A stretch of 63,515 nt of DNA, counting the filler, from Choristocarpus tenellus KU-1152 (lineage: Eukaryota > Protista > Phaeophyceae): the NCBI GenBank assembly GCA_964200185.2. It is 10 parts of 10 records of this genome, joined end to end, with 100 filler letters (N's around TTAATTAATTAA, not from the genome) between each part and the next. Parts side by side here need not be neighbours in the genome. Positions count along the whole stretch, not along the records: positions 48,407 to 50,986 come from CAXNAD020026578.1; positions 51,087 to 54,323 come from CAXNAD020021341.1; positions 54,424 to 57,814 come from CAXNAD020020349.1; positions 57,915 to 63,515 come from CAXNAD020010282.1; 6 more parts are not named here. One strand, 5' to 3'. Each line of letters begins with the position of its first letter. Position 1 is the first letter of the stretch. The position numbers were made by a program, and so were the translations under genes. Below the pieces are notes generated by a model, which was given only the letters and a program-made list of their open reading frames with translations, did not search any database and was not told the origin of the DNA. Positions 48,821 through 60,509 of the stretch are shown here, in pieces.

Positions 48821-50462
48821 CTTTTTCCGTTCGTAATTAAATGTAATATAACTTTTGTAGCCCCGATGAAAGAGTAAGATTTTTTTTCGCATATTCATAT
48901 TTTATGGGTGTACTGTGAGACACTAAAAGAAGGTTGCCCACCAAAATTTCAAGCAAAACAGGGCAGCCTACGCCTACCTATGATTCCGCCCCCAAAGCCC
49001 TACAAATCTCCATTCCAGGAAAGTGTTTCGCCGCATTCAGGGGCAATTCGGCGTGAGGCTGCCCCCGCCTTCTCAGCCTTGATTGCCAAGAGATAAAATC
49101 CTCAATCATGGTCTTCTTACGTCTCTCACCGTCCACTACTGTGGCTTGCACAAGCACCTTGGTGCCCTTGAGGCGGTGTTTGCTGGAGCACTGAGCGACC
49201 TTAGTGTCCACGATTGGCCAGATCCCCATTTTCCCATTGAACCACACCCCATTGAAGAACTTCCTAGGGCGGGACACAGCTGCAAGGAACATTGCATTCG
49301 TAATGTAGCGTTTATTCTGTCCCTGTGGGGGTTGGGGGGGGTCCTCAGTGGGGTGCAGGTACACACCTTGCCCATCTTTGAGGATGTAAAACCACTTCCC
49401 ATCCACATGCACACAGTGATACATATCATCCACTAATATCCTAGATCCCCCCCTCCTGTGTGTGTGGCTGATGACGACACGCACCCTGTTGACTTCTGCT
49501 GCTCTGAGAGGATAGGTGTAATCCACCGCTTGACCTTCACCTTCTTGCGCTTGCACAGATCCCACAATAAGGCAAGGGAGACTCCAGCTTTGGCCGCCCA
49601 CTTGTGGAAGGATGAGATGAGACATCCCAAATATCGAAGATACTTGTACATTGGCCACATCACCCCTTGCGATGTCGTACAAGGTCCATGTCTCACCCCG
49701 TCCAATCTGACTGTCATGCTCCTTCAGATGACAGAACTCAGCGATTGAGGAAATATTGATGACCTCTGTGATGGCCACTGCTATCGCTTGACACATCCTA
49801 GTCTCACGCCCTGTTGCCTCCAGGCATCATGCCACCACGCTGTTCTTCGTCAGGGTATTCCAATCCTGACCCCGGACAGACTTCTGGGCCGATGAATAGG
49901 TTCCAAAGTGCAATGACAGGATGAGCAAGCCACTTGAACGATCGGGTGCCTTCGTTCTAGGCATCCCAATAAACAACCATTTTGACAGTTTAACAAGGAT
50001 TTGAGTGAAAGTATCTTAGAGGGTACGAATTTTGCCCTGTTTGTCCATTTGGGGCTTGACTTCCCACGGGTTTTTTGTGACGTTTTCCTACTCCAAAATG
50101 TTTTGAAGTAGGTAAAATGTATACGTTATGAAAAAGTGTGTCCAGAACAAGGATATTGACACTTCCTAACAAACACAATTGCCAAAATTACATCAAAATC
50201 GCAATATTGGATTTTGGCCCCCAAACGGACGCGGTTCTACCCTCTAAGATACTTGGACTCATTTTGAACCCCATCAAATGCTACGTGGTTGACTTTGCAC
50301 TGGTGATCCTCCACAGTCATGACAGCTCACAATCTCGAACTTGTACGCATCCCAATCTATATGAGAACTAAGCCACGTCTAGAGGACTTATCACGTGGGT
50401 TGTTCCCTGACAAGAACAGAGCTTGCAAAATTTATGTAACATTTAATTCCGAACGAAGTAAG
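48821..50462 (-). mobile_element. Decayed Tc1/mariner transposon, family B, copy 2 (internally deleted)
   Basis: Both TIRs recognisable (TTCCGTTCGTAATTAAATGTAATATAACTTTTG; CATTTAATTCCGAACGAAG); HVDGKWFY...MFLAAVSRPR...FNGKMGIWP in ORF 48978-49796; the second and third catalytic Asp region is missing. Confidence 0.9.
50003..50260 (-). mobile_element. MITE family 1 full-length copy inserted in mariner B
   Basis: 258 bp, TIRs intact, 4-bp TSD ATTT. Confidence 0.93.
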
Positions 50463-50472
50463 TACGAGACAC

Positions 50473-50658
50473 AAACGAAAGTATCTGGGGGAGGGGGAGG
50501 GGGTAGGGTCTAAACCAGGGTGTCCATTTGGTCCAAAATCAGGAAAAGTGCACTTACATTTTCCATCCGACTCACGCAACCAAATCACCCAAAAATCGCG
50601 ACATGAAAAAATTGACCTCAAATGGACTGCCGCCAGCCCCCTCAGATACTTTGAGCCC
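50473..50658 (-). mobile_element. MITE family 2 (G-tract TIR)
   Basis: AAAGTATCTGGGGG ... CCCCCTCAGATACTTTGAGCCC; probable TSD ACAC. Confidence 0.85.
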
Positions 50659-50948
50659 ACACACCTTAGTGGCTAAATATAATTGACAATATGATCATAT
50701 TAACTAATATCCCTTCCTTTTCCCTATATGACAATATCTATCTGCAAAACATGTCAGTGTGACGGACAGGTCCCTTTGGGAGCTGATCTCAGTCCAGGTA
50801 CACATCTGCGCGCACATTTCTTTGTCATTGGTGACGTTCCCACCAACATCAAACACGGAAACGTTTGAGGACCCTCAAACCACTTACGCTTGAATATTCA
50901 CAAATAGGTGATATCACCCGTCGGATCTGAGACCCCATCAAAACCTTG

Positions 50949-50986
50949 AACCAAAGTATCTTAGAGGGTAGGGCCTCGTCCATTTG
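50949..50986 (+). mobile_element. MITE family 1 left end, cut by contig edge
   Basis: GAACCAAAGTATCTTAGAGGGTAGGGCCTCGTCCATTTG. Confidence 0.8.
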
Positions 50987-51902
50987 NNNNNNNNNNNNNN
51001 NNNNNNNNNNNNNNNNNNNNNNNNNNNNNNTTAATTAATTAANNNNNNNNNNNNNNNNNNNNNNNNNNNNNNNNNNNNNNNNNNNNATGGGCTTGACCCA
51101 AAATTGACTGGGATAAAGTGTCGATATGTTTTTTTTTGTATTGTATTTTATTAATAATAAAATGTGCAAAATGTCAGAGGGCATAATAATAAAATGTGTA
51201 CACTCGCTATAATAAAGTTGCTTAGTAATAGTAATAATGGAAGGATAAATTCTTGTAGACACGGGTACCAATACACAGTAGCAAGCCGTGTTATTTAACG
51301 CCATTCCGAACACAAAATTAGTGGGTAGGAGTGGCAATTAGTCTTGGAAGTTTATTTTCTACATATTCCAAAATGGTACTATCATTTCAGCGAGTGTCAA
51401 ATATTGTCACACCAGTTAAAACTTCTCAAGAGAATATTTTCCAAGGCTTCATTTGCAAGGTATGGTGAAAACAAAAAAACCCCTCTATAGTTGGAAAATC
51501 CAAAGTCTTGATGGTGAGGAAGGTGCTTGGCCGGGGTGTGCTTCGCTTCGGTGTGACGTTAGTTCCTGATGGTCTCTAAATTAATGGAACCATGCTGGGG
51601 ACAACAAAAAAACCTGAAATCCCTAGTATGGTGTGGAACATACGTTTTTATGGAGAGTATTTTTTCCTCTTGGCGTTTCAAGAACCGTTTCAAATGAATG
51701 TTGTATTTCAAAGTGAAAGGGAATAAGCTTTCTCTTATGTAGGACGAGATCAACCTAATAAATGTGCAGTATCGTATGAACGGGGCACGTTTTGGCTCTA
51801 GTACTCCCCAAATAGGGGTTGTTTAGCTACACATCGATACACTCATTCATCCTGAGCAGTTCACTATTGTTGGTATCGGGGTTTCCAAGTCGGGGAATAA
51901 TC

Positions 51903-53342
51903 ATGCCTCTCCCCATACCACCAGAACCTATTTTAACTGGGGAGAGGAAAACCCTTATCCAACAGCAATCGGAGGTAGCAAATACGGACCCAGCTGAACA
52001 AGCAGCAAGGCAAGTCGCGGAGCTGGACAAATTTGCGAAGGGGCTCGTGGCAAAAAAGAAGGCCTGCCAAGACCAGATAGAGGCTGACCGGAAAGAGCTG
52101 AAGTATATCCACCTGAAGATCGGAGAAGAGGCAGCAAAGTGAGCATTAACTAAGGGCGATGATCGCGATTTGGTATCATCTTCGCTGGAGCGTATACCTT
52201 GCAAACGTTGGCGAGGCATTCCAAAGTTTCAAGACTCCATAACTGAGCAAAACAATGCCAAAGGAACGTATGCATCTCCTGTGACCAGATCTGCCCTCTC
52301 GTAAGGTCAAGCAGGTACAAGTAAATTTAGATCTTGCGAACTACAAGGAGCTTCATTTGGCTAAACTTTAACTAGGAAGCCGAAAATAATAATGTACCCT
52401 GTCTCCTGTCGGTCCTGGAACGAGCCGTTTCTCTCTCAGTAGCCATCTCCTCGAGTCTTCGCAAGGTTGGTCGCCAGGAAAGTTTGGAGCGATGGATTGT
52501 TGACTTTGACGACTGATACCAAGATTGAGGAGGACAATATAACAATGGTAAACTCATCCTGCTGCCAAAAAACGAAATGCATTGAAAATATCATTTTTGA
52601 TGTAACAAGAGGTCTTAAAAATAATTTCTCATACTTCCCCAATCTCGAAGGAATCACTTCATTGCACTTCAGCTAAAAAATCAAAGTCTGAGACTCTACA
52701 ATAGTACCTCTGACCCTGATTTTTAGTATACACAAGCATGAGTGTCTCACCATTGCTATTATCAACTGGATTCCACACACCCTCACATTGGTTGAAGTAG
52801 TCATCTCTCCCAAACTCATTCTGGGTCAAACTAGGTACGAAGGATTGCTTGAGGACCTTCAGTTCAGATGTTTGGAGCGAGAGCGAATTAAGAGGCACTT
52901 CAACATGTGCACAGGCAGAAATGCTTTGGTGAGTGTCTGCAGCACCACAAGGCTAACCCAATGCAATGATGAACTGTAAGATATAGAGCATATTTTCCTG
53001 AAAACCTCAAAATTAATCCCACCATTTCGTAATGTAAACTAAACCTACACATACATTCCATCTCTATTGTCTCACATTGCCATAAACCTCAAGCTGATGA
53101 AGGATGCGTCAAAACGACATGCAATAGTCCGCAAGGCAGATTCGAAGATGCTCAAATCCACATCTAGTGCGGAACTGGAGGCAGCCCGGGGGTACTCCTC
53201 AGCCCCAGGAAGTACGTGTTGCTTGAAGCGAGCACGGGTCGGTACTTCAGCTCATACTTTGCCCCCACTTGGGGGAGCGAGGAAGTCAGGAAGCGCGGGT
53301 GATATGAGCCACTCTATCTCAGCTCCAGCTCTTCGATTGTGA
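51903..53342 (+). CDS. Apparently complete 3-exon gene, ~192-aa coiled-coil protein of unknown function; exons 51903-52138, 52835-52928, 53094-53342
   Basis: ATG MPLPIPPEP...; donors AA|gtgagc and TTG|gtgagt; acceptors tag| and aag|; phases 2 and 0 join cleanly; total 579 nt ending in TGA; charged heptad-like helix. Confidence 0.75.
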
Positions 53343-54249
53343 AAAATTTTGACTCTATGCTACTTTCACACTCTTACATGCCGACTTTCTGAGGTTAGCA
53401 TTGTACTGATGTGGCACTGAATGCAGACGGACTGCTGTGTCATTTTCGATCATAACTAGGAAGTTAATTCACGTCTACATTGCATCAACTTTTCTGTTGA
53501 GACCAACATATTACTGAGTGAGACTATGAGTAGTGCATTTCCTTGAAAGGAAATCCACTTGTAGCAACCACATTGCAGCAATCAATGATACCATTGCTTT
53601 TACCATGTGACACATAGTATGGTGTGCGACACGGCATGTGATACACAAAAGAGCTGATTCTTTTTGTCTGGTGTTGGACAATGTGCAACCAGTGTCACTT
53701 AGCCGAGACATAACCTAAAAGGTCTAGATTGAGACAAGAGCAACATCGAATTGATGCAACCGAAGGCCAGCTGTATGAATATCTCACCCAGCACAATATG
53801 CTATTTCGCAGTTTTTGTCCTTTAATGTGATTGCTGGAAGTAATCGACATAGTCACAACTAAGAAGTGCAGCACCCTATAATTTCCGTAATGATATTTCT
53901 CATGGTGATCAGAACGATTAGATACAACTGTAGGCACTGACTAGTTCAGCAGACCCCTGTACAGATGACATTATAAATATTCATCACCAGTATCGCGACA
54001 TGTTCCAACTATGACAACAGCGATGAAGATAGAACCTCTTGAATAGAAACTCCAATCTACGCAACCAGTATCAATTGTCGATGTCCAATTCCAATGAGCT
54101 CTACACTTTATTCTCTATCTTCAAAGTTACTTGTACAGGAAATACTGTAGTGAGACATGCCACCCCAGTCAACATTCACCCTCAATCAAACCCATACCAC
54201 ACATGAGGTGACTGAAGATAATATAGGTAGCCCTCTTGAACCAGCACGT

Positions 54250-54323
54250 GACCCAAAGTATCTGGGGGGGGGGGGGGGGGGTCTAGGGTCAAAGTATCTG
54301 GGGGGGGGGGGGGCCGGCATCCG
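54250..54323 (+). mobile_element. Two tandem (probably nested) MITE family 2-type left ends at a contig end
   Basis: GACCCAAAGTATCT(G)n then GGGTCAAAGTATCT(G)n; the same terminus occurs at or near contig edges at 8738-8763, 8885-8907, 35184-35210, 57753-57780 and 63437-63468. Confidence 0.75.
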
Positions 54324-54423
54324 NNNNNNNNNNNNNNNNNNNNNNNNNNNNNNNNNNNNNNNNNNNNTTAATTAATTAANNNNNNNNNNNNNNNNNNNNN
54401 NNNNNNNNNNNNNNNNNNNNNNN

Positions 54424-54578
54424 GGGGTCTACACCAGGGTGTCCATTTGCGCCCTGACCAGGAAAAGTGCACTTACATTGTCCATTCCACACATAAAACC
54501 AAATCACCCAAAAATTGCGACATGGAAAAATGGGTCCCAAATGGACAGCCGCCACCCCCCCCCCAGATACTTTGAGCC
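54424..54578 (-). mobile_element. MITE family 2 copy, cut by contig edge
   Basis: Colinear with 50473-50658; ends CCCCCAGATACTTTGAGCC. Confidence 0.85.
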
Positions 54579-55028
54579 TCAATAACAGACCACTACTACA
54601 GCCATAGCTGAGCCCGACAATTAAGTGCAACAGAGTTATAGGCGTCGTTAAAAGTCACATGGGGGTCTCATCAAATGTGTACTTAGGCAACTAATTTAGG
54701 AGCACGCGTTCTCGATAATATTTAGCAATCACATTGGCACATTAAGGTATATCCTTTGCTCTTAACCACAAATCACTAGTGAAACCAAAGAGGCTTATCC
54801 GATAGATGACATTATTAGGGGATGGATAGTCCCTTATGAGATACTTTACCCTCAACAGGATAGGCTCCCAGTATAGGCTGGTGAACATCTCCTTGGGTTG
54901 TATCTCTGGTTCAGGCAACACTCTAATAAAAAAAGGAGTTAAACTTTGTTGCATCTGGCTCCGTTTCATCAGCTGTGATACACAGTCTTAGTCGTGTGAG
55001 ATGAACAGTTCCTTCACGATGTCTTTCA

Positions 55029-55547
55029 GACCCAGAGCATTTAAGAGGGTAGGAGTCTTACCCTGTTTATCCGTTCGGAGCTTGGCTTCCCACGGGTTTT
55101 CTTGCCCTTTTTCGATTTTCTGTGTGAAAAAAATACCTAAGGGTGGAAGTATCTTAGAGGGTACGTGTTTTTCCCTTTTTGTCCATTTGGGCTTTGGCTT
55201 CTAATGGGTTTTTCATGACATTTTACCTTCTCCAAAGTGTTTTCAGAGTAGGTAAAATATATAGGTTATGAAAAGGAGTGTTCGGAAGAAGGATATTGAC
55301 ATCTCCTAACAAAAATGATAGCCCAAATTATATCAAAATTGCAAACATTAGATTTAGGTCCCCAAATGGACGCAGCCCTACCCTCTAAGATACTTTGACA
55401 CTAAAATGTATACGACTACGAAAGGTGTGTCCGGAACAAGGGTAGTGACACTTCCTAACAACATGATAGTCAAAATTACATCAAAATCACAACATTGGAT
55501 TTTGACCCCAAACGGACCTGGCCCTACCCTCTTAAATGCTTGGACTC
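55029..55547 (-). mobile_element. MITE family 1 variant containing a nested family 1 copy (55141-55400)
   Basis: Outer TIRs AGCATTTAAGAGGGTAG / CTACCCTCTTAAATGCT; inner TIRs AAGTATCTTAGAGGGTA / TACCCTCTAAGATACTT with probable TSD CTAA. Confidence 0.85.
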
Positions 55548-56073
55548 CGAGCTCTCTTTGCGAGGTACACAACGGGTGTATCTTGAGATATTACTTGATA
55601 AGGACCTCTCCAAGGACTGAGGAGGTTTGTGTCAGGACCATCTGACGAGGTGTGAGGTCTGTAAAACCACACATAGTTCCTAGTTCTTACCCAGGAAAGA
55701 CATGTCAGCATTAGCTGACTCTTGTTGTGAAGTTCGTCTGTGGAGGTTACAACGGGTCAACTGATGAGCAATTTGTACCTAATTGGAAGATTAGAAGCAC
55801 GATCTTCCACACATACAGGTAGAGCTCATGTCTATATTGGAAGGAGGGGACTGCGCCCAAACATAAAGAAAAAGTGTGTTTCTTAACATTGGCATTGAAT
55901 GCTGTGTTATGAGCTAGTTGGACAAACGTTAACAGCTCAACCCAATTCTTCTGACTCATTTTAGAACACGCAGTCAATACCCTATGAATAGTAGAGTGGA
56001 TACAGTCCAACACCTCATTGGCTTGTGGCCTATATGGCCTTGTTTTAATATTACAAAACTATATACAAGTTGT

Positions 56074-56335
56074 GAGTCAAAGTATCTTAAAGGGTAGAGC
56101 CGTGTCTATTTGGGGGCCAAAATCCAATGTTGCGATTTTGATATAATTTTTGCTATCATGTGTGTTAGGAAGTGTCAATATCCTTGTTCCAGGCACACCT
56201 TTTCATAAGGTATACATGTTACCTACTCCGAAACCTTTCGGAGAGGTAAAATGTCATTAAAACAAAAAAGGTGGGATGTCAACCCCCAAACGGACAAATA
56301 GGCCAAAACTCGTACCCTCTAATATACTTTTAGTC
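56074..56335 (+). mobile_element. MITE family 1 copy inside the gypsy integrase
   Basis: Full-length; TIRs slightly diverged; TSD imperfect. Confidence 0.9.
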
Positions 56336-57914
56336 TGTAACTCACGATAAAGTTTGATATCAAATTTCTGGTGGGTCAAGACTGAGAAAATACGATCCAC
56401 TAATGCTTCAACAACTGTTCTTCCTTGTTTATCTGATATACTTACCAGAATAGCAAAATGAGTAGTGAAATGATCTGCCGCACACAACACTTATTTGAAA
56501 CCTTGGAACGGTACTTCGTACTTTACAAGGTCAATTACAAGACGCTGAAATGGCATATACACTCGTGTATTACCTACAGGTAGCGATACTGGCCGATATG
56601 ACTTTTTAGGTTGCTGGCAAGCTCGACAAGACTCACACCTAGACTTAATATACGTATGAAGGGTTGGTCACCAAAACCGGTCACGAATGAAATGAAAAGT
56701 ATGTTTGAAACCAAGGTGATCAGAGACTTTGAGGTCGTGTAGTCCATGGAAACGTTTATGGGGATCTTCGGGAACAACAGGTTGATCCCAGAAGGAATAA
56801 TTATTTCGTAATTGCTCAGGCTGATATGAGTTGTATAACAAAGAACGTCCATCACGTTCTTGAACAAAAAAGTATGACACGTATTTTTTCCAGGAGGCAA
56901 CATAGCCGTGTCAGGTGAGGATGAAAAACAAAGTCAACTTGTATTGTTTATTTGAACCTCAGATAAAACCAAAAATATCGACTACTGGGAATACGTTGAC
57001 TGCTTTAGCAAACAACTCTCAGTCACTCCGGACTGGGATTAATTCACCAAACTGATGTACAGAGAGTTTGAACCCAGGAGGAGATACTTACAGACAACTT
57101 GTCAATAAGCATTGATTTATCAGTTTGTGTTAAATTGAAACACATTAGAGACAACTGGAGATGAAATGCCTCACACTCTCCGAACTCATTCATTGCTCGA
57201 GATAACATATCTGGCATGATGTGTAACCGACCAGGTTTATGTTGACCTTGAAATCGAACTGAAGAGCTATAGCCCAACGTGTTGATATGTTGGGGTGTGT
57301 CTTGCAAAAAATATAACCGACGAAGTGCTGCATGATCTTTGACCACAGTGAAATGACTGCCCCAAATGTATGGGCGGCAATGGGCGATTGCATCAGCTTT
57401 GGCTCAATATTCTTTACACGTTTCAGCTTAAAGCGTTGCCCACATGAAAATAACTTTCTATGGTAGGCAATTATTTGAATGTCACTCGATGATGAATCGA
57501 TTTGAGCTAGAAAAACACCTATACTGAATTCACTAGCATCCACGTGGATGACAAATTCACGATTGAAGCAAGGAAAATGCGACACTGGAGCAATGGCACT
57601 AAGATGACACTTTAAACTCCTTGATAGCTGACTGCTGCGTGCCCACTGCCTCACAAGGTACCCAACTTAGGATACTTTGTTTTACAGAGATGAGTGAGTG
57701 CAACCAACGGGGCTGTAACAATCGCTAATCTGGGAATAATATATTTCCTTACGGGGTCAAAGTATCTGGGGGGGGGTGTCGGCGTCCGTTTTTCACCCTT
57801 TTATCGATTTTCACNNNNNNNNNNNNNNNNNNNNNNNNNNNNNNNNNNNNNNNNNNNNTTAATTAATTAANNNNNNNNNNNNNNNNNNNNNNNNNNNNNN
57901 NNNNNNNNNNNNNN

Positions 57915-60079
57915 CACGCAGCCAGTTGATTCAGGCTGGACTGGGGGAGGAGTTCTGGTTCTTCGCGGTAGCAGATGCCACATATAAGACCACTGGCATG
58001 CCGCACGAGTACCTACGAGGCGAGACACCATACGAGCGCCTGAATAACAAGTCATTCAACTACAATCGGCTTCGATTGTTTGGGACAGAGTGTTTTGTAC
58101 ACCAAACCAAGCAACAGAGCGGCGCTAATGCCAAGTTCCACCCATATGCAAAGAGGGGGATCCTTATAGGACACGACAGGGTGTCACTATACTGGCATGT
58201 ATGGATCCCACAGGAAGAAAAGCTGGTGATCTCAGCACAGGTGACTTTCCAGCCTGAAACCAAACTGCTGGAGCTAGTGGGGGAGTCAGAGCTAGACCTA
58301 CTTGGAGAGCCAGAATTTGAAGAAGACATTAATTTGGATATACAAAACGAAGAAGAGGCTTCCACAACAGGGAGCGAGGCAGACATGACTGGGGGTGAGA
58401 GCCCAAGTATTGGGCGTGGGGCTCAAAATGAAAAGCGCCCAGCTTCCCCCCACAGTCAAGAAATTCCCAGGATGGGACAACGCCAACGCATGGATAGGGC
58501 TGCACAGATGGCAACCAAACGCTTGGGCCCACACTCTGAGAGGTGGAAATCTGCTAGGCTGGAGCAACGCCGACGGATGGCCCACATGTGTCAAACATGT
58601 GCACAGGAAGAGGATGAGGAAATGGAAATGAACCACTTCGTATCAACCCTTATGCAGCAGAACAACGAAGAAGTGTACTGCCTTATGGATCTCATGGGGG
58701 AAGTAACGGCAGGTCCAGACGAGCCATCCACAACCAAGGAGGCCTTGAATGGGCCAGATGCAGATCAAAAGCAGGAAGCCATGGAAAAGGAAATGGCAGG
58801 ACTTTGGCAGGAGGGGACGTTTAGTGACAAAGCCCTACCCCAAGAAAGGAAGGCAATCAAGACACGATTTGTTTTCAATTCAAGCACTCTGCAGACGGGA
58901 CAGTGGAACGATATAAGGCAAGACTCGTGGCACGTGGGTTTACCCAAAATGCAGGAGTAGATTTCTTTGAAACCTTCAGCCCAGTAGTGGGATACGACAC
59001 ACTACAATGCGTTATATCAGTCGCAGCGTACGAAGGTTGGAGCATACACACCCTAGATTTCACACAGGCCTATCTCAACGCAAATCTGCAGGTGGACATC
59101 TGGCTGGAGCTTCCAGACGGCCGCATCGTCAAGGCTGAGAAAGCAATCTATGGGCTGAAACAGTCAGCCATGGAATGGTTTCATAAAATAAGGGGTACTA
59201 TTCTCGCAGAAGGATGGACAAGTAGTCAACACGACGAGTGTCTCTACTTCAAGAGAGTGAAGACGGATGCATCGCCATCCTTACCACCTACGTGGACGAC
59301 ACTGCCACCACTGGAGACTTCACAGAAGATCTCCAAAGGATGACGGCATCAATACTAGAAAGGTACGAAGGACGAGACCTAGGTACACCAGACAAGCTGA
59401 TTAGGGTGAGCATCACTGTGGGTGAATATGGCATCACCCTGGGCCAACAACTATATGCAGAAAGTATTGTCATGGCCGGGATGGGCTCTATGGAAGGGCG
59501 AGAAAGATCTACACCTCTGGACCCTGGCACGGCCCTTTCTGCCAGACAAGATCATGAGGAGGAACTAGATCCCATCATTTACCCCTATGCCAGTATTCTT
59601 GGGAAACTCATGTTCTTAGCAGGCATGACTAGACCAGACCTGGCTAATAGCGTTCGTGAACTGGGGCGTAGAGCAGCATCTCCATGTATGCGACACTGGC
59701 ACGGACTGCAACACGTTCTGCATTACGTAACAGGGACATTGGATGTCTGTATTCACTATGATCGAGGGGACAAATATATGGACGAGAGGAATAAAGAACA
59801 CCTGGTTGGGTACGGAGATTCTGACTGGGGCACCGACCAACAAACACGCAGGAGTGTTACAGGGTACATAATATTCAAGCGAGCGGCATCACAGGATTCA
59901 ATGGACGGACCAAGCATGAGGGCATGAAGTTATAATGTACAAGAGAATATGTAGATCGACAAATATTTCATATAGAATATGTTCCAACGTCAAGACACCT
60001 AGCTGACATTTTGACTAAGTCTTTGCGGAAGAGTGTTACTTCTGATTTTGTGCATTCTGTACTTTCACGTCGAGTGTGA
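57915..60079 (+). mobile_element. Ty1/copia LTR retrotransposon pol (integrase C-terminus, RT, RNase H), frameshifted
   Basis: FW.FAV...TPYE...LRLFGTEC; EPSTTKEAL; YKARLVARGFTQ..GVDFFETFSPV; LDFTQAYLNA; KAIYGLKQSA; YVDD; TRPDLA; GYGDSDWG...RRSVTGY; ADILTKSL. Frameshifts near 58878 and 59250 and a deletion within RNase H. Confidence 0.95.
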
Positions 60080-60110
60080 GCCTTTGTCAGCAACTCTGCT
60101 GCACGCTCAT

Positions 60111-60414
60111 GGGGGAGTGTGCAATATAGACTAGTAGTCTATATGGTTTATAGTATAAAAGTGAATGAAGTAATGTAACTTGAACTTACAAGCGACTGAC
60201 GTAGTTTAACTTGAGCTTACAGGTGACTGACGTAGTGTAACTGTCACAAACATGTTGAAACATATTTCTGACGTGTTTGATAACGAATGAATTAGATGGC
60301 AAGGGAGAGCACCACCCCCCACCTTGAGGATAGTGCTCACTCCGCTAATAAACAAATCCATACCACATAAAGCAAAATACTCTATCAGAGTAGCTCTCTT
60401 TTCATAAGCTTTCA
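60111..60414 (+). repeat. Polypurine tract (GGGGGAG, 60111-60117) and probable 3' LTR starting TG at 60118
   Basis: PPT immediately followed by TGTG, 31 nt after the pol stop; the right end (CA at ~60414) is a guess because no second LTR is available. Confidence 0.7.
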
Positions 60415-60509
60415 ATCTTTTGGAGTAGGTAAAATGTCATTAAAACTCCGTGGGAAGCCCCAAATCAACAATCAAGGGAAAACTTGTACCTTCTAAGATA
60501 CTTTCACTC
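60415..60509 (+). mobile_element. MITE family 1 right half
   Basis: TTTTGGAGTAGGTAAAATGTCAT...TACCTTCTAAGATACTTTCACTC. Confidence 0.8.

Larger units (their letters stand above)
54640..57750 (-). mobile_element. Decayed Ty3/gypsy LTR retrotransposon pol (RNase H, integrase, possible C-terminal chromo-like remnant), interrupted by MITEs
   Basis: FVIHVDASEFSIGVFLAQ...IAY; DHAAL; HKPGRLHIMPDMLSR; DHFT.FAILV; WVELLTFVQLAHNTA in gypsy order (RH before INT). Confidence 0.8.
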
